A DNA stretch of 28,892 bases from a virus (taxonomy: Duplodnaviria > Caudoviricetes), in the IMG/VR virus record IMGVR_UViG_3300037423_000178, positions 1-28,892 of that record; one strand, 5' to 3'. This document shows, piece after piece, positions 8,864 to 17,353 of the stretch. Made by a program: the position numbers and the translations under genes. Position 1 is the stretch's first letter; every line of letters begins with the position of its first letter. The notes under the pieces were generated by a model. It did no database searches and was not told the DNA's origin. It saw only the letters and a list, made by a program, of their open reading frames with translations.

Positions 8864-9193
8864 TTGTTCTCGCAAGCATCAGCAACGGCGAACGCGGTGC
8901 GTAGTCGTGGTGGCGGACTTGGTTGTGACGAGGCGTCAGCCTCGGCAACTGTGGTCGGCATTCTTGCGACCATTGACAGGGAACGGGAGGCGGTCTGCAT
9001 TTGCTGGTCCGCCATCGTCCCGATGGACGTAGTGATCCGCTGCATTCAGGACGTGGAGCGGTTGTATGACGTGGTGTTTGACGTGGACGACCCCGACCTT
9101 TGGGAGTCGCTGGACGGCGGCTACCGAATCTGGGGAATGCTCAAGGAAACCATCAACGGATACGAGCACGACAGGGTGCCCGTAATGGGGTGA
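8864..9193 (+). CDS. Hypothetical protein
   Basis: 109 aa ORF filling the gap before the exonuclease; purine-rich RBS-like sequence before TTG; start uncertain. Confidence 0.55.
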   Translation: MFSQASATANAVRSRGGGLGCDEASASATVVGILATIDREREAVCICWSAIVPMDVVIRCIQDVERLYDVVFDVDDPDLWESLDGGYRIWGMLKETINGYEHDRVPVMG

Positions 9194-9207
9194 GAGGAGA
9201 GTGAGCA

Positions 9208-10206
9208 ATGGGATTGGTTCGCGTAGGCGAACTCAATGGCCCGAAGCGCAAGGCGGGCGGCGACGATAGCGTTCCGCGCGATGGCAAGGGCAGACCCAGA
9301 CTGCTTACTCAATGCTGGCTTTGTGTGGGGGAGGGTCGTAGGCCCTCCCCCACTGGCATTGAGGGGCGGACTGTGAAGTGTCAGGGGTGCGACGGCACGG
9401 GCGTACGGGAGAAGACGTACAAGCGGGTCACGTCGTTCATTGACGTGCTTGAGGACAAGAAGTTCGTCCAGGCGTGGAGTGAGCGCATGGTCCTGCTGGG
9501 CTGCGCGGAGGACCCGACGTTCCTGCGAGGCGTGCTCGACTATGACGCCGAGTCCAGGGATGGCAAGGACGCATTGAACCGACGCGCCGAGGCCGCAAAG
9601 GAATTGGGCGGCGCCAATCGCAAGTCGGATCAGGGCAGCCATCTTCACGAACTGTCCGAGATTGTGGACAAGCACGAGCCGCTGCCGTCTGAGTGGGAGG
9701 GCAGGCCGGTCACCGACGCCGACGTTCTGGACATGCGGGCGTACGCATTGGGCACGCACCCGTTCTTCAAGATCGTCCGCATGGAGGACTTGGTTGTCCA
9801 TGAGGGGCTGGGTGCCGCAGGCACGCCAGACCGGGTGTCCTCGTGGATCGGTGAGGGCGAACTCATTGCGCCGGACGGCTCGATCATCCTGCCGGACGAA
9901 CTGCTCATCACCGACCTCAAGACGGGACGAGTGGACTTCGGCGCGCTCAAGATGGCAATGCAGTTGTCCATCTACAGCCGGTCGGAATTGTGGGTGCCGG
10001 ACACCCACATTCGGGAGGCTATTGGCAAGGTCAATCAGAAGTGGGGAGTCATCATGCACCTTCCCGCTGGGTCGGGCGTGCTCACCCTCTATTGGGCTGA
10101 CCTGGCTCTCGGCTGGGAGGCCGTGCAGGTTGCCAATGACGTGTACGGAATGAGGAAGCAGGAGAAAAGCGCATTGACAGTTCTCATTCCTCCAACGTGC
10201 AAGTGA
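9208..10206 (+). CDS. Cas4/RecB-like PD-(D/E)XK exonuclease with Zn-finger insertion
   Basis: GSHLHELSE, AGTPDRV, ITDLKTG, MQLSIYS motifs; CWLCVGEG and CQGCDGTG near the N-terminus. Confidence 0.85.
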   Translation: MGLVRVGELNGPKRKAGGDDSVPRDGKGRPRLLTQCWLCVGEGRRPSPTGIEGRTVKCQGCDGTGVREKTYKRVTSFIDVLEDKKFVQAWSERMVLLGCAEDPTFLRGVLDYDAESRDGKDALNRRAEAAKELGGANRKSDQGSHLHELSEIVDKHEPLPSEWEGRPVTDADVLDMRAYALGTHPFFKIVRMEDLVVHEGLGAAGTPDRVSSWIGEGELIAPDGSIILPDELLITDLKTGRVDFGALKMAMQLSIYSRSELWVPDTHIREAIGKVNQKWGVIMHLPAGSGVLTLYWADLALGWEAVQVANDVYGMRKQEKSALTVLIPPTCK

Positions 10207-10284
10207 TAGTTTAATGACTCGCCGGTTGGGGCGGGCGTGTGGAACCCCTCGCCCCGACCGGCATTCAAGTGAGAGGAGAAGACA

Positions 10285-10776
10285 TTGGGAGACCCGAATG
10301 AGCCGGGACGCATCAGCGTCACGCTCAAGCAGGATGAAGTCAGGGGGCGGGACTTCTCTAGTCCCGGTACGTGGATCGTGTTCCACGGTTCCCCGGCTGA
10401 GGTTCGGTCGCAGATCACGGAGACGTTCGGCATTGCCGACGAGGGGTCCCTTGCGGACCTCATCAGCGCCGCTACCTCGGAGTTCAAGGCAACGGGAAAC
10501 GTCAGCACCGGCCTGGGCGGTCGGGTGATCGGCAATGGCTCCAAGCAGACCGGGCCGACTGGCTCCGGCTCGGCGTGGGATCGTGCGGCTGGCAATGGGG
10601 CTGAGGCTCCGGCTGAGCCGGAGGTTGACCCGAATGTGACCCGCGTGCTGGCCGAGATTGAGGCCGTGACGGACGTGCCTGCGCTGCAGCAGGTCTATGC
10701 CCGGAACAAGGCCGTCTTCGACGCCAATGAGGACGTGCTCGCCGCCTACAAGGCGAAGGGCAAGAGCCTGTCCTGA
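10285..10776 (+). CDS. Hypothetical protein of the replication/recombination module
   Basis: GAGAGGAG RBS before TTG; strong GC3 coding bias. Confidence 0.7.
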   Translation: MGDPNEPGRISVTLKQDEVRGRDFSSPGTWIVFHGSPAEVRSQITETFGIADEGSLADLISAATSEFKATGNVSTGLGGRVIGNGSKQTGPTGSGSAWDRAAGNGAEAPAEPEVDPNVTRVLAEIEAVTDVPALQQVYARNKAVFDANEDVLAAYKAKGKSLS

Positions 10777-10830
10777 CCGGACAGGCATCAGCAAAACACC
10801 GAATGAACAAGTGAGAGAGAGGTAATTAGA

Positions 10831-11268
10831 TTGGCACTCAAGCGCACGAGTGAGGTCGCGGGAGGCGGCTCATTCTTCAAGCCCAAGGACTACGCGGACG
10901 CGGTGGCGTTCCTGTTCGAGCCGAAGTCGGTCCAGCGGGACGTGCCCAACACGTACAAGGGCGTCACCCGCAACCGCGATGAGGTCACGACCGACGTGAC
11001 CGTGTTCGAGTCGGCTGCCGACCTTGCCGCAGGCAAGGGCGTGGAACTCAAGAGCGTCGTGGTGACTCACCCCGGCATTGGCAACAGCCTCAAGAACGCC
11101 ATTGGCGAGTCTGTCGTTGGCGCGGTCGGGATGAAGGAGTTCAAGAACGGCGACGGCTGGGCGCTTCTCGATGTGGACGACGCCACGTACGAGAAGGTCG
11201 CGGCTTACTACGAGGGTCGTGAGGCTGCCGTTCAGGCTGCCCTCGCCTCCGCTCCGGGCTTCGACTGA
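10831..11268 (+). CDS. Probable single-stranded DNA-binding protein
   Basis: 145 aa, GGSFFKPKD N-terminus, beta-rich core, C-terminal PGFD tail; lies between exonuclease and helicase. Confidence 0.6.
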   Translation: MALKRTSEVAGGGSFFKPKDYADAVAFLFEPKSVQRDVPNTYKGVTRNRDEVTTDVTVFESAADLAAGKGVELKSVVVTHPGIGNSLKNAIGESVVGAVGMKEFKNGDGWALLDVDDATYEKVAAYYEGREAAVQAALASAPGFD

Positions 11269-11453
11269 TGACCGGGCTGGGCATTGTCGTCGGCATCGTC
11301 CTGATCGTCCTCAAGTTGGCGGGAGTTGCGGACCTTGGCTGGTTCCTCGCAACCCTGCCGCTGTGGCTGGGCCTCGCCATCGACGTTGTGCTGACCGCGA
11401 TCTTCGGGAGCATTGCCGCCGCCTTTGCGGCGGCTGTCCACCGTCGATTCTGA
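11268..11453 (+). CDS. Small membrane protein
   Basis: 61 aa hydrophobic, LIVLKLAGV...W...LPLW motif; TGATG overlap. Confidence 0.75.
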   Translation: MTGLGIVVGIVLIVLKLAGVADLGWFLATLPLWLGLAIDVVLTAIFGSIAAAFAAAVHRRF

Positions 11454-11466
11454 GAGGAGAACCTGA

Positions 11467-12285
11467 GTGCTGACGCCAAGTCGGTCGCTCAGGCAGAACG
11501 CCAATAGCGGCAAGCCGCTGCCCTATGTTCCTGGGCTGCAGAACTTGTACGAGATTGGGTTTGCGCCCCGACACGGCCAGATCATTATGGTGGCTGGCCG
11601 GTCGGGGTCGCAAAAGTCTGGCTTCGTAATGTGGTGGGTGGACCAACTTGATCTGCCCACCCTTTACTTTTCCGGGGACATGTCTCCATTCACGGCGTCG
11701 AGCCGTATTGCTTCCACGCGGTACGGATTGCCGACCGATGAGATTGAGGCGATCCTCGCAAGGAATGACGAGCAGACCGTTGACCTGATGCGAACCCTCG
11801 AAGGGTCCAAGATTCAATTCTCATTCGGCTCGCCCATTACGTGGCGTGCGGTTGACGAGGAGATTCGGGCCTACGTCGAGGTCTACAACCAGTATCCGTC
11901 CGCCGTGGTCTTTGACAACCTCATGGACTTCGACGGCGCCGAGGCTGATTACTCGGCACAGATGGAGACAATGCAGTACATCACGGAATTCACCCGTGAG
12001 ACCGGCTCCACGAGCATTGTCATGCACCACGCATCCGACAAGGCGATGGACCCCCGTCGTCCGTGGAAGCCGCCCGCTCGAAACGAGATTAAGGGTGGTC
12101 TGGCTGAGAAGCCGGAATTGGCATTGGGCGTCGCCCTCGACAACGCCACCCTCGATTTCAACATTGCGGTGCTTAAGCAGCGCATGGGTCCGCAGGACCC
12201 GAGCGGTGAGCAGTACGTCTCAATCAAGTGCATCCCCGAATTGACGCGCTTCGAGTCCAAGACTCTGCAGTCAATTCACAAGTGA
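11467..12285 (+). CDS. DnaB-like (RecA-fold) helicase
   Basis: Walker A variant AGRSGSQKS, Walker B VVFDNLMD, VMHH, VLKQRMGP arginine-finger region. Confidence 0.85.
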   Translation: MLTPSRSLRQNANSGKPLPYVPGLQNLYEIGFAPRHGQIIMVAGRSGSQKSGFVMWWVDQLDLPTLYFSGDMSPFTASSRIASTRYGLPTDEIEAILARNDEQTVDLMRTLEGSKIQFSFGSPITWRAVDEEIRAYVEVYNQYPSAVVFDNLMDFDGAEADYSAQMETMQYITEFTRETGSTSIVMHHASDKAMDPRRPWKPPARNEIKGGLAEKPELALGVALDNATLDFNIAVLKQRMGPQDPSGEQYVSIKCIPELTRFESKTLQSIHK

Positions 12286-12298
12286 GAGGAGGAAAGGA

Positions 12299-12553
12299 AT
12301 GCTCAAGTTTGTCGCGGCAAAGGAAGTCGCCAATGAGCAGGGAATCAACCTGACCCAGCCGGTGGACTCCGGCCTGTCGGGTGCCGAACTCGGAAGCCTG
12401 ACCATGATGGTGCTCAACCGCTTCATGGAGCAGGTCGAGTGGGACGACATTGTCTCGATCTACCTGACCGGGCTCTGCGACTCGGACGACATTGCGCTGA
12501 TCCAGCGCGCCGTCAAGGCCCTGGTCGCCGGAGGGGTTGAGTTCAATGTCTGA
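12299..12553 (+). CDS. Hypothetical protein
   Basis: GGAGGAAAGG RBS, 84 aa, in operon. Confidence 0.7.
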   Translation: MLKFVAAKEVANEQGINLTQPVDSGLSGAELGSLTMMVLNRFMEQVEWDDIVSIYLTGLCDSDDIALIQRAVKALVAGGVEFNV

Positions 12554-12758
12554 GCACTTCCGCGCCAACCTGGGCGAAAAGAATGGGGCGGTCGAGGTCG
12601 ATAGGTATTGCGGGGGCGAGGTCTTCCTTGAGGTCTTCGACTACTCGCGGTTCGACGGCGAGGTCGGCACGGCTTGCGTGTCGCTCACCGTCCAGCAGGC
12701 GCGCGACATTGCCAACTCCCTGCTGCGCGCCGCCGCCGAGGAGGCTGTCAATGTCTGA
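12546..12758 (+). CDS. Hypothetical protein
   Basis: GGAGG RBS, ATG at 12546 overlapping the upstream gene end. Confidence 0.7.
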   Translation: MSEHFRANLGEKNGAVEVDRYCGGEVFLEVFDYSRFDGEVGTACVSLTVQQARDIANSLLRAAAEEAVNV

Positions 12759-13323
12759 GGAGAGCACCCGCTTCATTGTTGGGCTCGACCTGTCACTGAC
12801 CGCTGCTGGTCTGGCTGAGTACAACCTTGACCACGAGCACTTCGCGGTCGAGACCTACGGGACCAAGGGCAAGCGCACCGACAAGTACGCACAGCGCGGG
12901 GGTCGCCTGCAGACGATGGCTGACCACATCATTGCGTGGGCTACAGCGGGTTCTAGCGATCCGGTGATGGTTGTGGTCGAGGGACCCGCGCTGGGCTCTC
13001 AGAACGGCTCATTCTTCGACAGGGCTGGCCTCTGGTGGCTGGTCGTGTCCGGGCTGCAGGCACGCGGTATCCGCGTGCTCGTCGTTCCGCCGAAGACTCG
13101 GGCCAAGTACGCGACCGGCAATGGCAATTCCGGCAAGGACGTTGTGCTCGCTCATGTCATTGAGCAGTACGCCGACTTCATGGACAACTGCTCGATCCGC
13201 AATGACAACGAGGCCGACGCCCTGGTCCTCGCTGCAATGGGCGCTCGCTACATCGGTGAGCCGCAGGAGGAGTCGCTGCCGGAGGGCAACCTCGCGGCAA
13301 TGGCCGGAGTGGAGGCGCTGTGA
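12751..13323 (+). CDS. RuvC-like Holliday junction resolvase
   Basis: IVGLDLSLTAAG, VVVEGP, KYATGNGNSGK, DNEADALVLA; true start ATG 12751 after GAGGAGG. Confidence 0.88.
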   Translation: MSEESTRFIVGLDLSLTAAGLAEYNLDHEHFAVETYGTKGKRTDKYAQRGGRLQTMADHIIAWATAGSSDPVMVVVEGPALGSQNGSFFDRAGLWWLVVSGLQARGIRVLVVPPKTRAKYATGNGNSGKDVVLAHVIEQYADFMDNCSIRNDNEADALVLAAMGARYIGEPQEESLPEGNLAAMAGVEAL

Positions 13324-13694
13324 CCGTCACGATTGCCGAGGATGGCAGCATCCACTTCGACACCCCGCCGTCGTGGGAATTCCTCGGCAAGGTTGAGGAG
13401 GAACTGTCGGCGCAGGACGAGAAGTGGGGAGAGCAGAACCACCCGCTAATCGGCGGCGACCGGCGTGGCCGGGGCGCGCTTCGTGAGCACTACGCCCTCC
13501 TGGCGAGCGAGGAGAAGGAACGCAATGACCGCCGCGTCCAGAACGGCACGATGGGCTGGGATTCGATTCTGCTTGAGGAGGTCTTTGAGGCCCTTGAGGC
13601 CGAGACCCCCGAGCAGCAGATCGAAGAACTGATCCAGAGCGCGGCGGTCTGCCTACAGGCAGCAATGTCCATTGCCCGAGGGGAGGCGGCATGA
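13320..13694 (+). CDS. MazG-like nucleotide pyrophosphohydrolase
   Basis: QDEKWGEQNH...ILLEEVFEA...EELIQSAAV all-alpha NTP-PPase pattern. Confidence 0.65.
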   Translation: MTVTIAEDGSIHFDTPPSWEFLGKVEEELSAQDEKWGEQNHPLIGGDRRGRGALREHYALLASEEKERNDRRVQNGTMGWDSILLEEVFEALEAETPEQQIEELIQSAAVCLQAAMSIARGEAA

Positions 13695-13879
13695 CGCATT
13701 ATCGACCGAGCCCTCGCGTGGCCTACTGCGACGAGGCCCCCGAAGGGGAGCCGTGCTGCGACACCTGCCACGAGGAGGCTGACCAGGGCGTCTACCCGCT
13801 CATTGACATTGAGGTCAACGGCGTGGCGTGGATTCTCTGCTGCGCTCGGCTGCGGAACCTTGAGGCGGCGGCGACATGA
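13691..13879 (+). CDS. Small Cys-rich hypothetical protein
   Basis: 62 aa with CCDTC and CC; ATGA overlaps at both ends. Confidence 0.65.
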   Translation: MTHYRPSPRVAYCDEAPEGEPCCDTCHEEADQGVYPLIDIEVNGVAWILCCARLRNLEAAAT

Positions 13880-13953
13880 TCGACTTCCTCATTGGAATCC
13901 TGGCGGGCATTGCCGGAATGCTGACCGTGCTGCGGTTCAAGGGCGTGTTGTGA
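13876..13953 (+). CDS. 25-aa membrane peptide
   Basis: MIDFLIGILAGIAGMLTVLRFKGVL*; ATGA overlap upstream and GTGA overlap downstream. Confidence 0.6.
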   Translation: MIDFLIGILAGIAGMLTVLRFKGVL

Positions 13954-14378
13954 GTTGGCGGGATAAGGCCCGCCCCCAGCAGGGGGCGGATCACGAACTG
14001 CCCCTTGAGGACGTGCTGTCGCATTACGGCGTGCGGCACGGCTCTCGTCGGAAGCAGATGGTCAGTTGCCCCATTCAGGTGGATGACAGCCGACCGTCAT
14101 TGAGCATCGACCTCGACAAGCAACTCTGGAAGTGCCATGCGTGCGGAAAGGGCGGCGACGTTTGGGTCCTAATTCAGGAAATGGAGGGGATTGCAGATTA
14201 CGGAGGAGCAAGACGATTCGCTGAGACCACTTTCGGAATTGCAGATAGCGACTCTGGACGAGGCGCTGATGCAGTACGAGGCGGCTCTCGGGGAGGACGA
14301 CGAGGCCGTTCGCTTTCTGCTGGCTCGCGGTCTGGACAAGGTGACCGTAAGTACGCACCGTCTTGGCGTCGTAACTGA
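13950..14378 (+). CDS. DNA primase, zinc-binding (CHC2-like) part
   Basis: CPIQVDDSRPSLSIDLDKQLWKCHACGKGGD; probable GTG start at 13950. Confidence 0.8.
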   Translation: MSWRDKARPQQGADHELPLEDVLSHYGVRHGSRRKQMVSCPIQVDDSRPSLSIDLDKQLWKCHACGKGGDVWVLIQEMEGIADYGGARRFAETTFGIADSDSGRGADAVRGGSRGGRRGRSLSAGSRSGQGDRKYAPSWRRN

Positions 14379-14871
14379 GGACTGCCTGCCGGAGCACCGT
14401 CGCTTCATTGGCTGGCTGGCAATCCCCTACCTCGGCCTCGATGGGAGGCCCGTGCAGATCAGGTTCAGATGCCTGAGAAACCACGAGCACGTCGGACACG
14501 GCAAGTACATGACATTGGAGGGAGACCCGGCACGGGTCTTCAATGTCCAATCCATCATTACCGCCGACTTCGACATTCACATCACCGAGGGCGAGGTTGA
14601 CGCAATGATCCTGACCAAGTTGGGATACCCGGCCATTGCCATTCCTGGCGCGTCCGGCTTCCAATCCCATCACCGGCGAATGCTGGCTGGGTTCGGCAGG
14701 GTCTTTGTCTGGGGCGACCCGGACGAGGCAGGCGCTCAGTTCACCGCAAAGATCACGCGATGGATGGGCACGGCATTGGGCGTCCGGCTCAAGCACGGAG
14801 ATATCAACGAAACCTATGTGGCCGAGGGCGAGGACGCGATTCACGCGGCTCTTGCCAAGGCCATTGTTTAG
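14191..14871 (+). CDS. DNA primase, catalytic TOPRIM part
   Basis: FLLARGL, LAIPYL, IRFRCL, KY, ITEGEVDA, WGDPDEAG, DIN motifs. Confidence 0.85.
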   Translation: MQITEEQDDSLRPLSELQIATLDEALMQYEAALGEDDEAVRFLLARGLDKVTVSTHRLGVVTEDCLPEHRRFIGWLAIPYLGLDGRPVQIRFRCLRNHEHVGHGKYMTLEGDPARVFNVQSIITADFDIHITEGEVDAMILTKLGYPAIAIPGASGFQSHHRRMLAGFGRVFVWGDPDEAGAQFTAKITRWMGTALGVRLKHGDINETYVAEGEDAIHAALAKAIV

Positions 14872-14886
14872 AGGAGGAATGCACAA

Positions 14887-15171
14887 GTGAGTGAGAAGAT
14901 GCTGCACTACCACCCGCCGCACGTGTTCGCGCAGTCGCGCGACTACTGGCGCGAGGTCAATGAGGTCCGCGCCGCGCAGGAGAGCACGTCGCACGACGGC
15001 CTGCTGATGGAGGCCAACCTCGCCGCCCTGGCCGAGGACGAGCCGGAGGTCAAGGTCGCGCTGCTGCTGCACCTTGCCGAGGTTGCCACCGAGTTCGCCG
15101 AGGCTGTCCACGAGCAGACGGACGCCCTCAATGCGGAGGAGGACGAGCCCAAGGCCAAGGGGGGCAAGTGA
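14887..15171 (+). CDS. Hypothetical protein
   Basis: GGAGG 9 nt before GTG; acidic helical 94 aa. Confidence 0.7.
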   Translation: MSEKMLHYHPPHVFAQSRDYWREVNEVRAAQESTSHDGLLMEANLAALAEDEPEVKVALLLHLAEVATEFAEAVHEQTDALNAEEDEPKAKGGK

Positions 15172-15353
15172 ATGATCTGCCCCCTGTGCTGGCCGAGGCA
15201 TTGCGCGCTCTCCCCGAGCACGTCGCTCAGCGATTCATCGAGCACGTCCGAGAGGACACATCTGCGGATTACCTCTCTGACTGGCTCCGTCGTGCGGGTC
15301 ATCCAGTATCCGCCACCACCATCAAGAGATACCGGAGCGCACTGAATGGATGA
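15168..15353 (+). CDS. Small HTH-like protein
   Basis: SADYLSDWLRRAGHPVSATTIKRYR; coupled to the phosphoesterase gene. Confidence 0.65.
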   Translation: MNDLPPVLAEALRALPEHVAQRFIEHVREDTSADYLSDWLRRAGHPVSATTIKRYRSALNG

Positions 15354-16530
15354 CCTGTTTGAGGAACTGCTGTCCCGCCCCACGGGGCGGGCAGTAGTCC
15401 CCACTCTCGATGACGATAAGGAATACACGTCGTCAATCTCAATGGTGGGCAACAAGGTCGAACTCTCAATGCACCTGCCCGAGGGGCAGGCCAATGAGGG
15501 AACGGGCCTCGCCTTCCTTGAGGAGGAGGGGCTGAACCCTGACGAGTGGGAGGCAACGTCCTTCTCCAAGTCGCGGTACGGCTCCGAGGAAAAGCCGATG
15601 GAGGCCGTGAAGTTCGGCTACAAGCGGAAGGTCATTGACAAGCCGCTTGCCGTACCGATGGACGACCTGATCCGGGCGGTTGAGAACTACGAGCCGCCAG
15701 TCAAGATCGAGACTCGGGTTAATGGCACTGAGGTTGGCGTTGTCGTCGGCATCGGTGACATGCAGTTCGGCAAGATCGACGGCGACGGGCCGGAGGGCAC
15801 GCTGACGCGGACCCTCTTTGTCATTGCCATGATCCGCGCTGAGATTCAGGAACTCTCAAAGCGGTACACCATCACCCACATTCATGTGGTGTGGCTGGGC
15901 GACCACATCGAGGGCTTCGTGTCTCAGGGTGGGGCCAACACGTGGCGCACTCAGTTGACGCTCAATGAGCAGATTCGTCTCACTCGTCGGGTGATGATGA
16001 AGATGCTTGAGTCCATCGCTGATCTGGCGCCGCGCGTGACAATGGCTGCCGTTCCTGGCAACCACGGTGAGGCTGTTCGTTTCAATGGCAAGGGCATCAC
16101 TCGTTACGACGACAGTCACGACACCGAGTCACTGATTGCCGTTGCCGAGCGGGCTGGCGATAGGCCGGAGGTCTTCGGGCATTGCGAGTTCTATGTGCCC
16201 GACAATGACGAACTGCTCGTGTTCACCGAGGTCCAGAACACCATCATCATGCAGGGCCACGGTCACGCCCACTCCCCCGGTAAGCATTTCGATTACTGGG
16301 AGGGGCAGGCGTTCGGCAATCCCCTCGCGTACAAGGCACACGTCCTCATGGAGGGCCACCTTCACCACGAGGAGGTTGACACACGGGGATACCGCACGTT
16401 CATTGGCGTTCCGGCGTTGGAGTCGGAGTCAACGTGGTATCGCCACAGGACCGGCGTCACGGGAGCACCCGGCGCATTCATTGGAATCGTGAAAGACGGG
16501 CTCATGCCCGTCAAGCACATCATTCGATAG
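15346..16530 (+). CDS. Metallophosphoesterase (calcineurin-like/Mre11-like)
   Basis: GDMQFGK, LGDHIEG, VPGNHGE, HGH, GHLHH motifs. Confidence 0.88.
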   Translation: MDDLFEELLSRPTGRAVVPTLDDDKEYTSSISMVGNKVELSMHLPEGQANEGTGLAFLEEEGLNPDEWEATSFSKSRYGSEEKPMEAVKFGYKRKVIDKPLAVPMDDLIRAVENYEPPVKIETRVNGTEVGVVVGIGDMQFGKIDGDGPEGTLTRTLFVIAMIRAEIQELSKRYTITHIHVVWLGDHIEGFVSQGGANTWRTQLTLNEQIRLTRRVMMKMLESIADLAPRVTMAAVPGNHGEAVRFNGKGITRYDDSHDTESLIAVAERAGDRPEVFGHCEFYVPDNDELLVFTEVQNTIIMQGHGHAHSPGKHFDYWEGQAFGNPLAYKAHVLMEGHLHHEEVDTRGYRTFIGVPALESESTWYRHRTGVTGAPGAFIGIVKDGLMPVKHIIR

Positions 16531-16543
16531 GAGGAATGTATAA

Positions 16544-17347
16544 GTGAGAGGGAATCAGTCGGCGGCGTGGGTGGTGCTCGATGAGTACCACCCCGCCTAC
16601 GACAAGGAAGTTGCCGGGGTTGTCGAGCAGACGGCGAAGTACGTGCATGGCAAGTACGAGCGGTTCATTGAACTGCCGGACCTGATGCAGGAGGCGTACC
16701 TCATTGCCGCCACCAAGCACGACCTGAACACCGAGGACTACGGGCTCCTGGCGTACCGGCTTGAGCGGGACCTGATGAACCATTGCGAGAAGGCGTTCAC
16801 TACGCCGCGCAATGACTCCAACGGGGAGGTCGCTCGACCGGACCACAGCGCCATTGCTCGCACCGGGACCATCACGATTGACGCCGAGGGCAACAAGTCC
16901 TATGCGCCGAACAATGTCCCGCACGAGGAGTACCTAGAGGCCGAGGACGAGGAGCGCATTGACCTGTACCCGGAGCACGTGCCGGGGGGCTACACCGAGG
17001 ACGATGTGAAGTTCCTGCTGCCTGCGGTGTGGGACGAGTCCTACGCCTACAGCCTGCCCGAGCGCGATGACGCACCGGAGAAGGGAATGCCGAGGGCCGC
17101 GAGCAACAAGGCCCGAAGCAATTCGCATTGGGCGTTCATCGCGGATATCAAGACCGGCTGGAACAAGACCGATCTGACCCGGCCCGAGCGGCGCGCTCTG
17201 CTCATGCGATACGGGCTTGCTTGGCCTCAGCGCGACATTGCCTTCCACGAGGGCGTGACGCAGCAGGCCATCAGCACTCGACTCAAGGGCGCCATCACGA
17301 AGATCACCGCACGCCTCAACGGCGTGCCCGTCACCGAGGAGGACTAG
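16544..17347 (+). CDS. Sigma-factor-like / sigma region 4 HTH transcription regulator
   Basis: DLMQEAYL (region 2-like); LTRPERRALLMRYGLAWPQRDIAFHEGVTQQAISTRL (region 4 HTH). Confidence 0.75.
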   Translation: MRGNQSAAWVVLDEYHPAYDKEVAGVVEQTAKYVHGKYERFIELPDLMQEAYLIAATKHDLNTEDYGLLAYRLERDLMNHCEKAFTTPRNDSNGEVARPDHSAIARTGTITIDAEGNKSYAPNNVPHEEYLEAEDEERIDLYPEHVPGGYTEDDVKFLLPAVWDESYAYSLPERDDAPEKGMPRAASNKARSNSHWAFIADIKTGWNKTDLTRPERRALLMRYGLAWPQRDIAFHEGVTQQAISTRLKGAITKITARLNGVPVTEED

Positions 17348-17353
17348 GAAGTA

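Noticed and set aside
9208-10206. Cas4-like nuclease as evidence of a CRISPR-Cas system
   Set aside because: No repeat-spacer array or other cas genes; stand-alone Cas4/RecB-like nucleases are common in actinophages.
9121-10794. Long antisense ORFs (557 aa here; also 5118-6218, 14062-15201, 6315-7181, 27105-28190)
   Set aside because: Shadow frames of real high-GC3 genes on the opposite strand; no RBS or recognisable motifs.
10803-16547. Tripeptide minigenes ATG-NAY-AAG-TGA (MNK 10803, MHK 14879, MYK 16536)
   Set aside because: At 14879 and 16536 the SD is only 1 nt from the ATG but 9 nt from the overlapping GTG; better explained as a by-product of the TGMACAAGTGAG motif.
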